Source: Gemmata obscuriglobus
GTDB lineage: Bacteria; Planctomycetota; Planctomycetia; Gemmatales; Gemmataceae
Direction: 5' to 3'
DNA: 32,000 nt
Assembly (NCBI RefSeq): GCF_008065095.1
Contig: NZ_CP042911.1
Location: forward strand, 5,250,001 to 5,282,000
Made by a program: the position numbers and the translations under genes. Under the pieces are notes generated by a model, which had not been told where the DNA came from, made no database searches, and saw nothing but the letters and a program-made list of their open reading frames with translations. Numbering within the stretch: position 1 is the first letter of the stretch; each line of letters starts with the position of its first letter. This document shows, piece by piece, positions 1-7,961 of this stretch.

Positions 1-1
1 C

Positions 2-742
2 CGCATTAAGTGGGTCGAACTGACTGAAAGTGAACAGAAACACCGGTGCCACCACCACCAGTGCTCCGCCGCCAGCCTGTACCGCGGCCCGCGCCCTTGT
101 GGGCGCAAGCGTACACACGAACCCCGCGACCAGCAATCCGGAGGGGAAGAGATACGTCGAGTGGAACCAGCATGCGGCCGCGGCCACGGCACACGCAAGT
201 CGTGGCTTCCCGTGTGCGAATAGCGCCAACGCCCAGACTAACAGCACCCCAAATGCAGACGGCTGAAACCCCGGCCCCAAGAGGTACTGGGCGGCGAGAC
301 CAGACTGGAGGTACCAGGGATAATCGACTCCCACAGCCTGTATCGAGAGCCACCTCAGGATGCCCGCATGCGCGGCGGTGAAAAGGGCCGCAAAACCCAG
401 ACGTGCGAGCCAGCTATTGGGAAACCACGGGAGCGTGACCACGAGCCACCGCACGGCGAGAAAATAGCTCGCGAGTAGCGCGAAATACACCGGCTGGATA
501 AGCCACGGCTGTGTCGCGAATGCGCCCGACGTGAGCAGCGAAAAAAGCGGCGTGGGGTCGGCCGTGTTCGCGAGCCAGTCGCCCGCGAGGTGCCCATAGT
601 GTGCGCTCGCGGCAGCGTGCAACAGGTACTGGTTCTGGTTCGAGTAGTACAGCGGAGACTGTGTGTGCGATATTGCAAACGCCAACGCAAGCAGCACCGC
701 CTCGACTGTCAATATGCGCGAGCCGGAAGTCGATTCATGCAT
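2..742 (-). CDS. Polytopic integral membrane protein, N-terminal 247 codons (gene continues beyond the left edge)
   Basis: Absent from the supplied ORF track because it has no stop codon inside the window. Minus-strand translation from ATG (cat at 740-742) gives MHESTSGSRILTVEAVLLALAFAISHTQSPLYYSNQNQYLLHAAASAHYGHLAGDWLANTADPTPLFSLL... I checked every + strand triplet in this phase from 2 to 751 and found no tta/cta/tca; the first is tta at 752-754. It has several long hydrophobic segments and G/C-rich third codon positions. Confidence 0.7.
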   Translation of the reverse strand, partial: MHESTSGSRILTVEAVLLALAFAISHTQSPLYYSNQNQYLLHAAASAHYGHLAGDWLANTADPTPLFSLLTSGAFATQPWLIQPVYFALLASYFLAVRWLVVTLPWFPNSWLARLGFAALFTAAHAGILRWLSIQAVGVDYPWYLQSGLAAQYLLGPGFQPSAFGVLLVWALALFAHGKPRLACAVAAAACWFHSTYLFPSGLLVAGFVCTLAPTRARAAVQAGGGALVVVAPVFLFTFSQFDPLNA

Positions 743-1077
743 ACGGTCTTTTTACGAACCCCAGTAGCAGCGATTACATCTGACTGGGTCAAGTCCGAAG
801 AATGTGTGAACCCTACTCAGAGGCATGTGGTCTGCAACTGTTCCGGAATTCTTGCCACAAACCTTCGTTGCAGAGCACCAAGGCTTGCAAGCCCCCCGCA
901 GTCTGGCTAGTGCGCTCCCTACGCTTCAAGGGCGAGGACGGCTGCTATCGGGCACAAGCTTCGCGATGGCCGCCGGGCTTACCGATCACGTGTGGCCAGT
1001 CGCCGAATGGTGGCCATTCCCCCGCCGTGCAACGCGTGTCAAATACCACCAGAGTTTTACATGTCCCGCGTATAAAA

Positions 1078-1887
1078 TCAAAGCAAGACGGGCGGGAGAG
1101 GCGCGGTACCAGGTTTACTTGCAGCATCCGCAACCGTTTTCGCAAGCGCAAGATACGCCTTCGAGACGGCCGAATCAGGGTACTTGCGCACGATCGGCTC
1201 GCCGTTGTCGCCACACCACGCCACCCGTGGGTCGATGGGCAACTCCCCCAGGAATGGGACCTTGCTCTCGTTCGCGAGCTTTTGCCCGCCGCCGACTCCG
1301 AAAATCGGTGTTTTATTGCCGCCCGCGTCTTCGAAGTAGCTCATGTTCTCCACGATGCCGAGGATCGGCACGCGGACCTCGCCGAACATCTTCACGCCCT
1401 TACGGGCGTCGATGAGGCTTACTTCACCCGGGGTGGTTACGATGACCGCCCCGGTCAAAGGCGCGCTCTGGCTCAGTGTGAGCTGCGCGTCTCCGGTCCC
1501 GGGCGGCAGGTCAATGATGAGGTAGTCGAGTTGGCCCCAGTCGATTTGGGCGAGAAACGATTGAACGGCTTGTGCCACCTTCGGCCCGCGCCAAATCACG
1601 GCCTGCTCGGGGCTCACGAGGAACCCCATGCTCATCAGCCGGATGCCGTACTTCTCGATGGGAAAGGGGGTGGTCTGTGGGTTCACCGATCCCAGCCCGA
1701 ACATGAGCGGCACGGACGGCCCGTAGATGTCCGCGTCCATGAGGCCCACGGAACGGCCGGTCATGTGCAGCGCCATTGCGAGGTTCGCGGCGACTGTGGA
1801 TTTGCCCACGCCGCCCTTTCCGCTGGCGACCGCAATGAGTTGCTTTACCCCGGGCAGCACCAGCTTCGGGGGCATTTGCGGGTTCAT
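1078..1887 (-). CDS. mrp: Mrp/ApbC/NBP35-family Fe-S cluster carrier ATPase
   Basis: The 269-aa ORF carries the deviant Walker A motif IAVASGKGGVGKST, the MDADIYGPS motif and a DLPPGTGD motif, all typical of Mrp/ApbC. The ATG at 1885-1887 overlaps the stop of the upstream DUF971 gene (ATGA). Confidence 0.92.
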   Translation of the reverse strand: MNPQMPPKLVLPGVKQLIAVASGKGGVGKSTVAANLAMALHMTGRSVGLMDADIYGPSVPLMFGLGSVNPQTTPFPIEKYGIRLMSMGFLVSPEQAVIWRGPKVAQAVQSFLAQIDWGQLDYLIIDLPPGTGDAQLTLSQSAPLTGAVIVTTPGEVSLIDARKGVKMFGEVRVPILGIVENMSYFEDAGGNKTPIFGVGGGQKLANESKVPFLGELPIDPRVAWCGDNGEPIVRKYPDSAVSKAYLALAKTVADAASKPGTAPLPPVLL

Positions 1888-2213
1888 CGGTGTTCCTTAT
1901 TTTGTTCACCCAGCGCGCGCAAAAGCGCGAGCGGGTAGATGCCGGTGTCGTGCCCGTCGTTCCACTTGATCTGGTACGCGTAGTGACCAACCGGAGTCAT
2001 GGCGACCGGCGCGGGGGCGCCGGCGGCCACCTCCTGCGGTGTCAGGATGCGGAAGGGGTCGACCGGCTTACCGCGCTCCTCGTTGCAGGTCGCGCACGGG
2101 CACTTCGCACGGAGCGCGGTGAACGCCGTGAATGTGGCAACCCCATCGCTCCACTCGATCTTCAGCCCATTGCCCTCGCGATTGAGGGACACGGGGCGGA
2201 GGTCTTCGGCCAT
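1884..2213 (-). CDS. DUF971 domain protein (gamma-butyrobetaine hydroxylase-like N-terminal domain)
   Basis: The sequence LKIEWSDG...CPCATC...YAYQIKWNDGHDTGIYPLALLRAL is the typical DUF971 pattern. I chose the ATG at 2211-2213, which has GGAG 8 nt upstream; the track start (GTG at 2219) is 2 codons longer. The stop overlaps the mrp start, a commonly seen pairing. Confidence 0.85.
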   Translation of the reverse strand: MAEDLRPVSLNREGNGLKIEWSDGVATFTAFTALRAKCPCATCNEERGKPVDPFRILTPQEVAAGAPAPVAMTPVGHYAYQIKWNDGHDTGIYPLALLRALGEQNKEHR

Positions 2214-2270
2214 GCGCACAACTCCGAAGCAGTCTCACTGAGCGGTGTTGATTGTAGCAACCGCCGCACG

Positions 2271-2305
2271 CCGCCCCAACCGCTCAGCTTGAGCGGTTGG
2301 GGCGG
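2271..2305 (-). terminator. GC-rich hairpin downstream of the PKD-domain gene (16-bp stem, 3-nt loop), no U-tract
   Basis: ccgccccaaccgctca gct tgagcggttggggcgg lies 27 nt after the stop at 2332-2334. Its arm shares the TTGAGCGG...GGGGCG core with the hairpin at 4097-4138. Confidence 0.4.
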
Positions 2306-2331
2306 CGCGCGACGGTTCCGCTGTGGTGGGG

Positions 2332-3636
2332 CTATTGTCCCTGCACCCACGTCACAACGAGCATGTCGCCTTCGATTTTGGCGTTGTAGGTGATACTCCA
2401 GTTCGGCCCGTTCTGCTTTCCGGACCAAGGAAAGTTGAGCGTCTTGCCCGGTTGCGGCACCTGCAGCACGGTTGTGGATTTGCCGCTCCCGGTGGTGCGG
2501 ATTTCAAGTGCGTACTCGCGCTTTCCGCTGTTCAGTCCAGCGGGAGCGGTCGGGAGCGGCAGGTCCGCGCGGATCGCTCCGTTTGCGTTGACGAACATGC
2601 CCGTCACCACCATGACGCTCGGCGGTTGAGCGGTTGCACGCTCCTGAATGAACTTGACGCGAACGATAGCGTCCGAGCCACCGGCGGCTTTGTTGGTAGT
2701 TTTCAGATCGCCGACCCAGGTGCCCGAGAGTTTCGCAAACCGCTTGTCCGGTGCCACTTCAATTTTGAGGTTCTTCGCGCTCGGCGGGGCATCTCCGATA
2801 GTTGCCTCTGCGATGGTGAACCCCGGCCGGGCGTGGACGACCTTAGCGAAGGTGGGTTGTGTCTTATCGCTCGGAACGGGCACCGCGACAGACTCGTTCG
2901 TTGTAAGGCGTTCGACCTTGTTGCCGGTGTCGGTCACCTTCAACACGGCCATCGTGCTACCGTCCCGCGGCGCCTCGACCTTCGCGGCCGCCGACTGTTT
3001 GGCGCCTTGCTTCCCGTTGTGCGCCACGAGCGAGATCGGGAACGTGCCGGGCTTCTCGAAGGTCACGAGTCGCTCGACCTTGCCGCCGCCGGTCACCTCG
3101 ACGCGGCCGTCGCCCAGGTCCCACACGCAAGACGCTGCGTTGACCACATCCGCGGTAAGCTTGAAGGTTGCGGGGGCGACGGCCGCCGAGACCGGTTGAA
3201 CCGTAAATGCCCCGATGCTCGGAGGCGGTTCGGACTGCGCCGCCGCGGCAACGTCCACAGGAACGGTGCGCTCGTTTTCGTCGCCGAGGTAGTTGCGGAC
3301 AGTGAGTTTGACCGTGTAGCTGCCCGGTTTGGTGTAAGTGTGAGTAATCGGCTGCTCTTTGGAGAACGGTTCAAGAGGGGTGCCGTCACCGAAGTCCCAC
3401 CAACCGCTCTCACCGGTCGCCTGGTTCTGGCAGGTGAGTGTGAAGCCGTCGGTGCTCACCGCAAAATTTGCGACCGGTTTAGTTGGCTTTACCACTTGGT
3501 CCACGATTGCGGTGGCGTAGGTGCCGGCCGCACCGCCGCCGAGCCCGAGGAAGCCGAGGATCATGCCCTTGAGCCACCCGCCGGATTTCGCGGGCGTGCT
3601 GACCGAGGTTGGCGCGGGGTGCGAGGGGCCGGACAT
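2332..3636 (-). CDS. Membrane-anchored protein with two PKD-like domains and a C-terminal domain of unknown function
   Basis: The start is reassigned to the ATG at 3634-3636, with GGAGG (cctcc at 3645-3649) 8 nt upstream. The N-terminal TM helix is WLKGMILGFLGLGGGAAGTYATAIV. PKD signatures are WDFGDGT...HTYTKPGSYTVKLTV and WDLGDG...FEKPGTFPISLV. The 204 codons upstream in the 638-aa track ORF are Arg/Gly/His-rich and look non-coding. Confidence 0.85.
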   Translation of the reverse strand: MSGPSHPAPTSVSTPAKSGGWLKGMILGFLGLGGGAAGTYATAIVDQVVKPTKPVANFAVSTDGFTLTCQNQATGESGWWDFGDGTPLEPFSKEQPITHTYTKPGSYTVKLTVRNYLGDENERTVPVDVAAAAQSEPPPSIGAFTVQPVSAAVAPATFKLTADVVNAASCVWDLGDGRVEVTGGGKVERLVTFEKPGTFPISLVAHNGKQGAKQSAAAKVEAPRDGSTMAVLKVTDTGNKVERLTTNESVAVPVPSDKTQPTFAKVVHARPGFTIAEATIGDAPPSAKNLKIEVAPDKRFAKLSGTWVGDLKTTNKAAGGSDAIVRVKFIQERATAQPPSVMVVTGMFVNANGAIRADLPLPTAPAGLNSGKREYALEIRTTGSGKSTTVLQVPQPGKTLNFPWSGKQNGPNWSITYNAKIEGDMLVVTWVQGQ

Positions 3637-3830
3637 TGAACGGTCCTCCGTGACCGAGGAGTGTGCTTTGACCGCGAAGATATGCCGAACGGAAAGGGCG
3701 GGGCAAGGCGAACTGTCTGATGAGTCCGCGAAATCAGGGGCATTCCGTGTCTCATCTCGGCGCGTGCGGGTTTGTTGGGCGGGTGGGGTGCTTCCGGCCC
3801 GAGGTACACGATGCCCCCGCGTTCGCTGCA

Positions 3831-4095
3831 CAAGAAACCATCGAAAATTCCGAGCCACGCGGGTTACAGTGCCTGATCCACTCGCTACCGGCGGCGCGGC
3901 CTCAAGCAGGGGTTGAAGGTGGCCCGCACCCGAGCGGTGAACAAGGTGACCACTGTGGAAGTGGTGCATGAGATCACGAGCTTTCCACGCGAGCGGGCCG
4001 ACGCTCGTGCACCTCTGGACATGGTGAGATACCACTGGCTCATTGAGGACTAGATCCATTACTTGGGCGATGCGCCCCTGCGCGAGGGCGCGTGA
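3831..4095 (+). pseudogene. Relic of an ISAs1/IS4-type DDE transposase C-terminus
   Basis: The frame reads ...RRGLKQGLKVARTRAVNKVTTVEVVHEITSFPRERADARAPLDMVRYHWLIED*IHYLGDAPLREGA*. This resembles the ...YYITSL...R.HW.IEN.LHY..D..F.ED tail of ISAs1-like transposases. There is an in-frame TAG, and at least one frameshift is needed further upstream (ETIENSEPRG segment). No intact ends were seen. Confidence 0.5.
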
Positions 4096-4096
4096 C

Positions 4097-4138
4097 GGTT
4101 GAGCGGGGGCGCGTCCGTGCTCGCGCCCCCGCTCAACC
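4097..4138. repeat. Perfect 17-bp-stem GC-rich hairpin (REP-like)
   Basis: ggttgagcgggggcgcg tccgtgct cgcgcccccgctcaacc lies immediately after the transposase relic. Confidence 0.6.
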
Positions 4139-4279
4139 CCACCATCGGCCCGCTCGCCACCGTTCCCGCCAAAACGTGCCCCAAAGCCTTTAAATAGCTT
4201 CAGATGCGCCACGAATATGCACACCAGTTTACCGGCGTTCCCCAGCATGAATAACGGAACCGCCCTGCTCCTCTGCGAA

Positions 4280-6055
4280 GGGTGTACGACATGCTTTGCG
4301 CCTACCCAGCGAGTCTGTGTCGGCGTTCGCCGGTGATGTTGGCTTGTCGTCGATTCCAGAAGTCATTGAGCGGTGCGGTTTCGCTGAGCAGGTCGGCCCG
4401 GAGTTGGAGGATCGCTTCGGCGCCCGGCTCGGACCAGAACTTCTCGGACCCCTTGACCCGATGATTCATCTGCTTGATCGTCGACTCCACGTGGCTGGTG
4501 GTGATCGGCAGACCGGCCCGGCGATACTCCGCGTATTTCATACGTCCCCGTTGGTTCTCGAAGTCGCACCGGGCCTCGGCTACGCACACCCGCGGGTGCG
4601 TCTCGCCGTCGGTCGCCTCGGGCATCCCGAGAACCTGTTGCCGCGACTCCAGACCCGACACGACCGTCGCAACATCCCCACGCCACAGCGCCTCGATCCA
4701 CTGCACATATCGGGACCAACCCTCCCCAAACGGACCACCCGCCATCGCGGCACCGTACACATACGCCAACGCGTGGATGAAATCGACCACCGGCGTGAAG
4801 CTCGAGAAGTGCCGTTCCCACACGCCCCAGTTGGCATTCGACCCGTCGCCCAGAAACACCCGGCGTTTCGACCCGTAGAACCCACGGGCCCAAGCCGCGG
4901 CCGCCAGCAACCCACCGAACACCTCGACCCCCTGCTTGGTGCTCACCACGCTCCGCACGACCAACTCGGGCGGTTCGTACCGGCCGGTCGCCTCGGGCAC
5001 CGGTTGGGGATCGACCGGGGCGACCGCGTCACCGGCCGGCTCACGCCCGGCGGCCTTCGATTCCGACTTGATTTCCTGGGCCAGACGCGGGATCCGCTCG
5101 GGGTCGATATAGTGCGTGGGAATTTGCGGGCACGGGTCGTCCGTGTCGGACACACTCGCCATTGAGGCCAGCAAACCCACCTTAACCTCACGCCAATGCT
5201 CCCCCTTCTTCTTCTTCTTCGGGGGTACCGGCGTCGCGACCGCGGAGCCCTTCGGCTGTTCCGGTGACGTCGGGTTCCGGATCTGAAGCCTTCCGCCGTC
5301 CATCTGGACCACCGCAATCGGCGGGGGCACGACATCCGGAGGCGCCTTCTTGCGTTCAACCAGAGGCAAGGACTCGTAAGCCGCGACGGCGGCATCGCGT
5401 TCGGCACACCGCTCGGTACCGATCTGTTGCGTTCGTCGCTCGACCTGCTTGACCGGAACCGGAACCTCGGCCAGTTCCCGCAGGGCCTCAGCGGCCAGCG
5501 CAAACGATCCGCACCGGGTGCCCGCGAACACGACTTTCTTCAACAGGGCCGGGGATTGCCCGCCGCGGTCAATCGCCAGACTCGCCGACTGAGGGAAAAA
5601 AAGCCCGCCGGCAGGCGGTGCAGTAGGCCGACGGTTCGCTCCACTCCGCTTCCCCGACCCGCGTGGTGAGGATGCGTGGTTCGGGATCACCGGGTGATGG
5701 CGTCTGTCGGCACCCCGGGCATTGTTGTCTCTCGGCGGGTATGGTGCCGGCCGCTTGTTTCTGGAGAGCTTGGCGGAGCAGTTCGCGTGACACCGTTTGG
5801 CCCAACTGGACGACCAGTTCTTCGAGTTCCTCGAACGTCGTGCCCCACGGCGGCCCATCGGGTCCGAACAGCCTCTCGACCAACGTTTTGGCCACCCCGT
5901 CCAGGTACGCCTTATTCGCTGCGACTTCGGGACGAGCGTTATTGGGGCGTGCCATACCTGATCTCCACCAACGACTTGTGTGGCTCGCACGGCCGTTATT
6001 TCTTCGAGCCGCGGTCTATCATGATACCCCAACTTGCAAACCGTGTCGTGGCCCC
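4280..6055 (-). mobile_element. ISKra4-like insertion sequence (type A), about 1.78 kb, complete ends
   Basis: The imperfect terminal inverted repeats are GGGTGTACGACATGCTTTGC (4280-4299) and the reverse complement of 6036-6055, GGGGCCACGACACGGTTTGC. The flanking direct repeat is CTCTGCGAA (4271-4279 and 6056-6064), or up to 11 bp if the ambiguous GG is counted. A related end, ACGCCACGGTTTGCGCC, recurs at 21337-21353. Confidence 0.8.
4302..5955 (-). pseudogene. ISKra4-like DDE transposase split over two frames at a T7 run
   Basis: The N-terminal frame (5569-5955) reads MARPNNARPE...QQCPGCRQ...YCTACRRAFFP. The C-terminal frame (4302 to about 5600) continues FFPQSASLAIDRGG...LGDGSNANWGVWERHF...VDFIHALAYVY...GLPITTSHVESTIKQMNHRVKGSEKFW. 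The frames meet at the A7 run on the + strand (5596-5602). The first 190 or so residues of the 621-aa track ORF are out-of-frame read-through. Confidence 0.8.
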
Positions 6056-6156
6056 CTCTGCGAAGGATCAGGGCGGTTGCCCTTGCGACCAGTTCTGGTG
6101 GTCCGGTAAATTTTATCAGCCCTTTCGATCCGCGTGCAGGAAAGGAAACCCGCACC

Positions 6157-7917
6157 GTGAAAAGCACCTATACGACCCCCGAAACGCTCTCCGAACGCGA
6201 CGCGGCGTGGTTCGAGGAACTGACCGTCACGCTCGCACGCGGTCGCTCGGCCCTGCTCGGCCTTCAACACGAAGACGGGCACTGGGCCGGCACCGTGGAG
6301 ACCAACGAACGCCTGGAAGCGGAATTGGTTCTTCTGCTCGCGTTTCTTGGCAAACTCCACAACCATCGTGCCGCCCCGGCCGCGCGTTCGATTCTGAGTA
6401 CTCAACAGGCTGATGGCACGTGGGGCGATCTGGGCGCGTCCGTGCGGGCGTATTTCGCGCTGAAACTCGCCGGACACGCCGCCGCCACACCGCACATGAC
6501 CCGCGCGGCCGAAGCAATTCGCGCGCGGGGCGGCGCGGCCGCCGCCGACCCACTCACGCGCGTGTGGCTGGCGCTGCTCGGCCAACTACCGCACTCCGCA
6601 TGCGCCCGAACACCGGTTCAGACGGTGCTCCTGCCGAAGTGGCTCGGCGGTATCGATTCGTACCCCGAATGGGAGCGGGCTCAGCGGGTCGCGTTGGGAA
6701 TCGCTCAGGTTCACGAACCGGTCGTTCCACTTGCGGAAGCGGTTGGTATCTCGGAGCTGTTCGTGCGCCCCGCTCCCGCACACAAGCCGAACAGGCCACG
6801 TCCGTTTCGCGGTCGCGCGGTCCGCGCCGCCACGAACTGGCTGCGAGCGCGGTACAGTGAGGACGGCCCCGACTCGAACTTCCGCGTACTCGCCTTCACG
6901 GCCGTCGCACTCAAATCAATCGGCGTGCCGGCCGACGACGCCGAAATGCACTGGGTGCTGACACAGCTCGAATCGCTGTGCACAATCGAGGGCGGCGCAC
7001 TCACGGTGCGGCCGTTCCGGGCGCCCGTCCGTGACACCGCCCTCGCACTCCTCGCGCTGGCAGGCACCGAACCGAGCCGCCCGTCCGCGGCGCGCGATTC
7101 GATTGCCGAGTGGCTTCTGGAGCGCGGCTCCCGCCCCGCGCCCCGTCGCGACACCGAGACCGCCGCACTGGTCCTGACCGCCCTCGCCCGCGGGGGGCAC
7201 GTGCGGAACGCTACGGCGAGCGCCGTGGTGTACCGTTCGCTCAACGAACTGCTGGCGCTCCAGAACCGTGACGGCGGGTGGGCGGCGTTCGACCGCGGGG
7301 TGAGCGGCGACCCGAGTTGCCCGGCGGTGACGGCGTGCGTGCTCGAAGCGATCGGGCACTTCGGGTTCCGCGTCGGGCAGCGGCCGGTCGACGCCGCGGT
7401 GCAGTTCATCCTCGACCGCCAGGAGGTCGCCGGGCAGTGGCACACCCGGTGCGGGGCCGGAGCGATCCAGACGACGTGGCGGGTGTTCGCCGGGCTCCAC
7501 GCGGTCGGGTTCGACGTGTACGACCTCCCGATCCGCCGGGCGGTGCGCTGGCTCAAAGAATCTCAGAACGCCGACGCCAGTTGGGGCAGCGCGACCGAAA
7601 CCGCGTGGGCGGTTCTGGCCCTCCTGGCCGCGGGTGAAGGGGAAAGCGAGGAGACCCGAGCGGGCGCCGAGTTCATCGCCGGCACGCAGCGCGCCGACGG
7701 CACCTGGCCCGAGAACGGCTTCCCCTGCACCGCCTTCGCCTCCGGGGTTGAGTTGCGGAGCGGAATCGACGCGGTGTGCGCTCCGCTGCTGGCGCTGGGG
7801 CGCTACGCGACCGACCGCGGGCAACCGGTCGAGGTCCGCAAAACGACGGTCCGCCGTGACGCCGGCCACACGCTCGCCGGGCCGAAAAGCACGCGGCACA
7901 CCCTCGCGGAAATGTAG
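6157..7917 (+). CDS. Squalene-hopene cyclase homologue (terpene cyclase / prenyltransferase alpha-alpha toroid repeats) with a degenerate catalytic motif
   Basis: The start is set at the GTG at 6157-6159, which is in frame with the track ORF and preceded by aggaaa. QW-like repeats are QHEDGHW, QQADGTWG, QNRDGGWAAFD, RQEVAGQWHTRCG, SQNADASWGS and TQRADGTWPENGF. The protein is colinear with my memory of the Alicyclobacillus SHC (TRVWLALLG, PVRDTALALLAL, AEWLLER, LALGRY). Where DXDD is expected, RRDTET is found (7144-7161). Confidence 0.8.
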   Translation: MKSTYTTPETLSERDAAWFEELTVTLARGRSALLGLQHEDGHWAGTVETNERLEAELVLLLAFLGKLHNHRAAPAARSILSTQQADGTWGDLGASVRAYFALKLAGHAAATPHMTRAAEAIRARGGAAAADPLTRVWLALLGQLPHSACARTPVQTVLLPKWLGGIDSYPEWERAQRVALGIAQVHEPVVPLAEAVGISELFVRPAPAHKPNRPRPFRGRAVRAATNWLRARYSEDGPDSNFRVLAFTAVALKSIGVPADDAEMHWVLTQLESLCTIEGGALTVRPFRAPVRDTALALLALAGTEPSRPSAARDSIAEWLLERGSRPAPRRDTETAALVLTALARGGHVRNATASAVVYRSLNELLALQNRDGGWAAFDRGVSGDPSCPAVTACVLEAIGHFGFRVGQRPVDAAVQFILDRQEVAGQWHTRCGAGAIQTTWRVFAGLHAVGFDVYDLPIRRAVRWLKESQNADASWGSATETAWAVLALLAAGEGESEETRAGAEFIAGTQRADGTWPENGFPCTAFASGVELRSGIDAVCAPLLALGRYATDRGQPVEVRKTTVRRDAGHTLAGPKSTRHTLAEM

Positions 7918-7924
7918 GCGTTTC

Positions 7925-7954
7925 GCGGGCCGGACACACGAGCGTCCGGCCCGC
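7925..7954. terminator. Hairpin between the convergent SHC-like and leuS genes (11-bp stem, 8-nt loop)
   Basis: gcgggccggac acacgagc gtccggcccgc sits in the 44-bp gap between the stop codons at 7915-7917 and 7962-7964. Confidence 0.5.
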
Positions 7955-7961
7955 CTGTCGC

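Noticed and set aside
5205-5220. (CTT)5 microsatellite
   Set aside because: It simply encodes the KKKKK stretch of the type A transposase on the minus strand and causes no frame disruption.
4302-6167. 621-aa ORF taken at face value as one transposase gene
   Set aside because: Its first 190 or so residues (MLFTVRVSFPARGSKG...RRPTAPPAGG) are read-through of the IS end and of the out-of-frame orfA region. The real N-terminus is the 5569-5955 frame.
7018-7053. PVRDTALALLAL first taken as the degenerate DXDD motif of the SHC homologue
   Set aside because: On colinear comparison it corresponds to the PVWDTGLAVLAL segment of SHC, not to DXDD. The DXDD-equivalent position is RRDTET at 7144-7161.
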